Shown here in pieces: positions 59,265 through 64,000 of a DNA stretch of 64,000 nucleotides (positions are counted from its first letter, which is position 1; each line of letters starts with the position of its first letter). This DNA comes from Patescibacteria group bacterium (lineage in GTDB: Bacteria; Patescibacteriota; Gracilibacteria; UBA1369; PNNO01), in assembly GCA_042577965.1 (NCBI GenBank), contig JBHPDK010000002.1, positions 6,635-70,634 on the forward strand, read 5' to 3'. The notes beneath the pieces are model-generated. The model saw nothing but the letters and a program-made list of their open reading frames with translations. It made no database searches and was not told where the DNA came from. The position numbers and the translations under genes were made by a program.

Positions 59265-59633
59265 TTAGTCTATTTGCATTGCTTTAATTTCCTTTATTAA
59301 TGACTCACATAAACTTGTAAATTTAGTTTCATGTCCGTTAAAAGATATTTGAGCAGTATGTAAAATAGTGGGCAAGCTAATTAAGATCGTTGGTAAATTT
59401 ATAGTATTAGACTTGCCTCCGATAATCATTTCAAGGCCTTCTATCGCTTCAGACAAGGCTAATCCTTTTTGCAAACCTTGCCATTTACCTAAAGTTATTA
59501 ATAAAATGCTTCTTAAATCAGGTAATAATTCTTCAAGCTTTTGTTTTATTTGGGGGTCAAGGGTTTGATTGGTTTTTAGATTTTCAGAAGGAGATTCTTG
59601 CGGACATGATGGGTCGGTCGGTCTTTCAGTCAT
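59265..59633 (-). CDS. Hypothetical protein
   Basis: 122-aa ORF. Confidence 0.6.
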   Translation of the reverse strand: MTERPTDPSCPQESPSENLKTNQTLDPQIKQKLEELLPDLRSILLITLGKWQGLQKGLALSEAIEGLEMIIGGKSNTINLPTILISLPTILHTAQISFNGHETKFTSLCESLIKEIKAMQID

Positions 59634-59687
59634 ATCAATGAGTTAATTAATAGGGTTAAGAATTTAGATTTTTATATATTAAAATAT

Positions 59688-60869
59688 TTAAAAGTTCTTC
59701 ATATATTCCTCAATCGCATTGCACGCTTTCTCCAACGTTGCCTCATCTGGTAGCAGCACAATTCTAAAATGGCCAGGCACACCGAAACCGCTTCCATGTA
59801 CAGTCACAACTCCAGTTTGACTAATCAAACCTTCTACCCACTTTTTATCATCAACATCCCGTTCGATTTTAGGGAAGGCATAAAAAGCACCCTTTGGAGC
59901 AACGCAACTAATTCCATCAATCTCATTCAACATCGAAATACAAATATCCCGACGACGCTCAAGTTTAGCAATTGCCTCAGGAATATGATCCTGCGGCCCC
60001 TCTAAAGCTGGCTTTATTGCAAACTGCATTGGATGATTTGAGCACAAACGGGCACGTGTGAACTTATTAATCGCTTCAACATAATCGCAGCAAATCTCAG
60101 CCGGACCACTAATAATTGCCCATCCAATCCTCCACCCCGGAGCCATATAGTTTTTTGAAATTCCATTAAAAGTTACAAAACATACATCATCAGCTAATGA
60201 AGCAATTGAAATATGCTCACCTCCATCAAAAATCAATTTGTCATAAATCTCATCACTATAAATTACTAAATTGTGCTTTCGTGCGAGTTCAATAATTTCA
60301 AGTAAAGTTTCGCGATTGCAAACAGAGCCAGTTGGATTATTTGGATTAATCAAAACAATACCTTTTGTGCGATCATTAATCTTCGATTCCATATCAGCAA
60401 CATTTGGCTGCCAATCATTTTCCTCATCAAGTTCGTATCCGATTTCCTCACCTTCGAGCTTATTTAAAATGGCTTCATATAAAGGATATCCCGGTGAAGG
60501 TGTTAAAATGTTATCACCTGGATTAATTATTGAAGTAAGGCAAATTTCAATAGCTTCGCTACCGCCATTTGTAATCACAATATCCTGAATATTTTTGATT
60601 CCCTGGCTCTCAGCACGGCGCCTAATTGCATCTAGGGCCTCATCAATGCCAGAAGAATCAGAATAACCATTATAGCCACCAAGCATGGCCTTATTAACAG
60701 CCTCAATCATGTGCTTTGGCGTTTTAAAATCAAACTTTAAAGGATCTCCAATATTAAGCCACATCATTTGCTTACCAGTTGCCTGAGTTTTTTTAGCTAA
60801 AACAACAATATCGCGAACAGCATAAGTTACGTTTTCTGTTCTTCGTGAAGGAATTATTTTAGAAGGCAT
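59688..60869 (-). CDS. PLP-dependent aminotransferase class I/II (AlaA-like)
   Basis: LNIGDP, INPNNPTG, SDEIYD, SKNY..PGWRIGW. Confidence 0.93.
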   Translation of the reverse strand: MPSKIIPSRRTENVTYAVRDIVVLAKKTQATGKQMMWLNIGDPLKFDFKTPKHMIEAVNKAMLGGYNGYSDSSGIDEALDAIRRRAESQGIKNIQDIVITNGGSEAIEICLTSIINPGDNILTPSPGYPLYEAILNKLEGEEIGYELDEENDWQPNVADMESKINDRTKGIVLINPNNPTGSVCNRETLLEIIELARKHNLVIYSDEIYDKLIFDGGEHISIASLADDVCFVTFNGISKNYMAPGWRIGWAIISGPAEICCDYVEAINKFTRARLCSNHPMQFAIKPALEGPQDHIPEAIAKLERRRDICISMLNEIDGISCVAPKGAFYAFPKIERDVDDKKWVEGLISQTGVVTVHGSGFGVPGHFRIVLLPDEATLEKACNAIEEYMKNF

Positions 60870-60919
60870 GCTTTAAATGTTATTTCACCAATGAATATAT
60901 CAAAAATCTAAATAACAAA

Positions 60920-61156
60920 CTATTTCTTTTTTCTAGTTCTCTCAAGTCGGTTTAAAATTGCTGCAACCTGTTCTTTAATATTTTCTATTTCGCGGCTAAA
61001 GGTTCGTAAAGCTTTGCCACGCCAAATACTTACACAATCATTCACTTCAATCTGCCTCCTTTTATCTTCCAAAGGTGGAATTTTTCTTCTGTGCCTCCAT
61101 AAGCGTGTGTATAGGCCACTCCTGCTTAACTGTTCTAAACTTTTTCTTTCTGGCAT
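60920..61156 (-). CDS. Hypothetical protein
   Basis: 78-aa basic ORF filling the intergenic space. Confidence 0.5.
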   Translation of the reverse strand: MPERKSLEQLSRSGLYTRLWRHRRKIPPLEDKRRQIEVNDCVSIWRGKALRTFSREIENIKEQVAAILNRLERTRKKK

Positions 61157-61242
61157 TTTGGCAAAATTTGTTATCAGATGAAGATTTTATTGAAATTTAT
61201 TAAAAAATCAAGTAAAAAGAAGTCTAATCCTAAGTTTTAAAT

Positions 61243-62031
61243 ATGGAAAATTCTAATAAAGAACAATTCGATGCCCAGCTTGTATTGGTAGCTGATGATG
61301 ATATAGAAAAAAGTGAGATAAGATTATATCACCATCAAATTAACGTAATTCCAGCACATCAGGTTTTGAATTATGCTTTAAAGATAAAAAAAGGCAAAGA
61401 TATGGGTGAATCAGAAGCTGTGCTTAAAATGGTGTTTGGAGATCTTGATAAGAAACTTAATGAACTAAAAGAAGAATTTGGCGAGGAGGTTGTAAATATA
61501 ATTCTTAATGGGCGTTTAAGAATGTCGATACTCTTAAATTCTGAAGAAGGGATTATAGCTGCTGGTGATCATAGAAGAAAATATATGGATTATGTGAAAT
61601 CTAAAGAAGGCAAAGTTGAATCATATCTTAAATTTGCTGCAGGAGGAGGAGCTGAAATGTTTCTGGATTCAGATGAAAGAATAATAGCGCCGTGGTCAGG
61701 ACTTTTATGTACGCCTATTCAGGGTGGTACCCCTGATTTTGTTGAAGAACGATATGACAGATTAAAACTATTAATTGCTTGCAGTGCTGATAAAGATCAA
61801 AGAGAAAAGCTTGATGAAAAAATTCATGAAATTGAAGATGAAAATCCTGATAATCCTCAATTTAATTTTAATTCAGCTGAATTAGTAGATTTTGGCATAG
61901 CACACACTCAAGTTGCTGACCTTAATGAGATGCGGGAATTATTTCTTCAAAGAACAGGCATAACCTTGCTGCCAGCAGGATTATCAGATGAGTTTGAAAT
62001 TAAAATCAAAAATTTTTTTAAAGATGAATAA
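61243..62031 (+). CDS. Hypothetical protein
   Basis: 262-aa ORF. Confidence 0.75.
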   Translation: MENSNKEQFDAQLVLVADDDIEKSEIRLYHHQINVIPAHQVLNYALKIKKGKDMGESEAVLKMVFGDLDKKLNELKEEFGEEVVNIILNGRLRMSILLNSEEGIIAAGDHRRKYMDYVKSKEGKVESYLKFAAGGGAEMFLDSDERIIAPWSGLLCTPIQGGTPDFVEERYDRLKLLIACSADKDQREKLDEKIHEIEDENPDNPQFNFNSAELVDFGIAHTQVADLNEMRELFLQRTGITLLPAGLSDEFEIKIKNFFKDE

Positions 62032-62035
62032 GCTT

Positions 62036-62716
62036 TTATAATTCTTTATATGTAAATTGTTTTATCACTTCAGGCACATTCCTCTCTACTCCCCTCGCAG
62101 TCACCAGTTTTGAAACAGTATGTGCATCCAAATCCTCACCTTTATAAGGTTCAAGCGGAGCATCACCTTCAAGCCATTTTTGCTCATTTTGACTCCCCAA
62201 AATAACTGGCATTCGCTTTTTTTTATTATGTATTTTTGCCAAAAGTTCATTTGCCTCGCAAGTAATTATTGTGAAAGTTTTTTTAATTTCACCTGTCTCA
62301 GGATTTGTCCATGGCTCCCAAAGGCCAGCCAGAGCAAACGGCTCCTGATCTTTTTTATAAATATAATATGGATATTTTTTCCCTTTTACTTCCTGCCATT
62401 CAAAAAACCCATCCACCAATACCAAACAATATCCTGATTTTGCAGCATGTTTAAAAGAAGGCTTTTCATGGATTGTTTCAGCCCTTGCATTGCATGTTTT
62501 GTTTTGAATTTCTTCATCTTTTGCCCAGGGAGGTATAAGTCCCCAACTCGCCATTTGAATCAAACCAGGATCTTTATTCAAAATTACTGGATGATTCGGA
62601 TGGGTAAAAGCATTTGTATAAAAAATAGGTTTAATGTTTTCAGGCTCAGCAAATTTAGCATTAAACCGTTTTTCAGTTTTCTTTTGATCAGATTTTAACG
62701 AAACCGTAAAGCACAT
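62036..62716 (-). CDS. SOS response-associated peptidase (SRAP/YedK/HMCES)
   Basis: N-terminal MC, WGLIPPW, NARAET, GFFEW, IH..RMPVIL. Confidence 0.95.
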   Translation of the reverse strand: MCFTVSLKSDQKKTEKRFNAKFAEPENIKPIFYTNAFTHPNHPVILNKDPGLIQMASWGLIPPWAKDEEIQNKTCNARAETIHEKPSFKHAAKSGYCLVLVDGFFEWQEVKGKKYPYYIYKKDQEPFALAGLWEPWTNPETGEIKKTFTIITCEANELLAKIHNKKKRMPVILGSQNEQKWLEGDAPLEPYKGEDLDAHTVSKLVTARGVERNVPEVIKQFTYKEL

Positions 62717-62780
62717 AAGCTTGATGATAATGTTATTTTATTATAGTATACTTACCTGTAAAAATTAACCTAAATTAATC

Positions 62781-63329
62781 ATGAAAAAAACTGCATTATT
62801 AGTACTAAGTATCTTTATTTTAAGCGCCTGCGGAGGAGTAGGTGAACTAAAAGTAGGAAAGGTTATCGATGCCAGTGCAAGAGCAACCAGAAATACTTAT
62901 GAGCATCCAATTGATCCTCCGGAAGGATATCCATATGCTGCTTATGTAAGACTGGATGGTGAAGAAGTTGTTTTGTACGCAAAAGACGCAGTAAAGTGTA
63001 AACTTGGCCAAAGTGTTAAGTTTAATGGACGTGTAAGGCAGGCAAAAGCAGTTCCAGAAGGTGAGACAGAAGAAGTGGTAGAAATGCACATAGTATTAAA
63101 AGAATTTGAATGTACAGGAACAGCTCCTGAACCAAAATATGGAGCTATGACTATTCAGGTTGAAAATATTTTCAAAGATAAAATTGTTTATGGCTCAGGT
63201 TTAGAGAATCCTGCCCCATACAAAGAAGACTGCGAGCTTAGAGCAGGCAGATTTAATGAATGCGGCTCTCCTTGCGAGCCTGATGCTGGATTCTGTATTG
63301 AAGTATGCGCTTATACCTGCGATTTTTAA
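62781..63329 (+). CDS. Lipoprotein with a Cys-rich C-terminus
   Basis: Lipobox LSAC; C..RAGRFNECGSPC..CIEVCAYTC. Confidence 0.8.
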   Translation: MKKTALLVLSIFILSACGGVGELKVGKVIDASARATRNTYEHPIDPPEGYPYAAYVRLDGEEVVLYAKDAVKCKLGQSVKFNGRVRQAKAVPEGETEEVVEMHIVLKEFECTGTAPEPKYGAMTIQVENIFKDKIVYGSGLENPAPYKEDCELRAGRFNECGSPCEPDAGFCIEVCAYTCDF

Positions 63330-63336
63330 ATGCTGG

Positions 63337-63831
63337 CTAAATGCTGGCGAAAAATTTAATGTACTCTTTACGTTTTGGGTCATCTGGCGGAAGCGTTTCA
63401 AATTCAGTTTTAAGTTTTTCCAGCTTTCTAATATCCCGCCTTGCATATTCTGGATTATTCTGCCTTTCGTACTCATTTAACATAGTTTCAATTCCATATA
63501 AACAAAGGTCATTAAAATGATCCTCTGGAATTTCTTCATGTAATTTTTCAGCTTCTTTTTTTGTTAAAGTAAGAGCAAATCCCTGTTCTCCGGTTTCATT
63601 ATCTTCATTTATACCAATTTTAATTGAAGGAGATTTTTTTTCCTGACATAGTGTTCTAAAAACACAAATAACCACTTTATCAAAATTTTGAATTAAATAA
63701 TCGAGTTTTTTTCTTCTGGCATCTTCTGCGCCTAAAGATTCTATTATTTTAATAAGTTTTTCGTGAAGCCAACCTAGTGCTTCTTGCGGAGGAAGCCTTT
63801 CCTGAGCTGGCTCGGGTGCTTCTGGTCCCAT
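63337..63831 (-). CDS. Hypothetical protein
   Basis: 164-aa ORF with an upstream TTGACA. Confidence 0.7.
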   Translation of the reverse strand: MGPEAPEPAQERLPPQEALGWLHEKLIKIIESLGAEDARRKKLDYLIQNFDKVVICVFRTLCQEKKSPSIKIGINEDNETGEQGFALTLTKKEAEKLHEEIPEDHFNDLCLYGIETMLNEYERQNNPEYARRDIRKLEKLKTEFETLPPDDPKRKEYIKFFASI

Positions 63832-64000
63832 AAAATTTAATTAAAGGAATGTATTTTATAAAGTTTTTGCAAATATGTCAAGTACTATGTGGAATTTTGA
63901 AAATAAAATAGGCTATCGGATTGACGTGTTTTTGAGATTTTGGTTTTGAGCCGGGCAACCTTGTTCGTGAAAATTTGGATTGACAGCATTTTGCGATTTC

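Noticed and set aside
58695-59265. Island integrated at tRNA-Ser
   Set aside because: No integrase and no duplicated tRNA 3' end seen.
1-64000. Diversity-generating retroelement or retron
   Set aside because: No reverse transcriptase, and repeat mismatches are not adenine-specific.

Overview
This is a ~36% GC (estimated by eye) chromosomal window from a bacterium using genetic code 11. Gene content and style suggest a Patescibacteria/CPR organism, most like Peregrinibacteria (inference). 1-16.9 kb is a cell-surface locus. It holds two giant adhesin-like proteins and one small, probably highly expressed protein that share a C-terminal WxL/CsuA-like pilin module. It also has three membrane-tethered DUF916/PapD-like proteins, an FN3 + Cys-repeat + dockerin protein that begins with the same N-terminal strand as the small pilin, and a membrane-anchored cohesin/SLH-like/TSP3 protein. 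My best candidate for an undescribed system is that these form an usher-less, sortase-less donor-strand pilus anchored by a dockerin-cohesin pair. The cohesin gene is bracketed by a 50-bp inverted repeat next to a ribbon-helix-helix gene. Next come a site-2 protease, a candidate NrdR-controlled structured ncRNA, a VKOR/thioredoxin/CcdA cluster, dnaN, mfd and tmRNA. Behind tmRNA is an array of orphan cassettes separated by serine-integrase attP-like arms. The rest is housekeeping genes (rny, ricT, holB, murF, infC-rpmI-rplT, ispG-dxr, trxB, carB, tRNA-Ser, SRAP) mixed with orphans. Many genes lack a Shine-Dalgarno sequence and instead carry TAACC 7-11 nt before the start codon. All domain calls are by-eye motif recognition, not database results.
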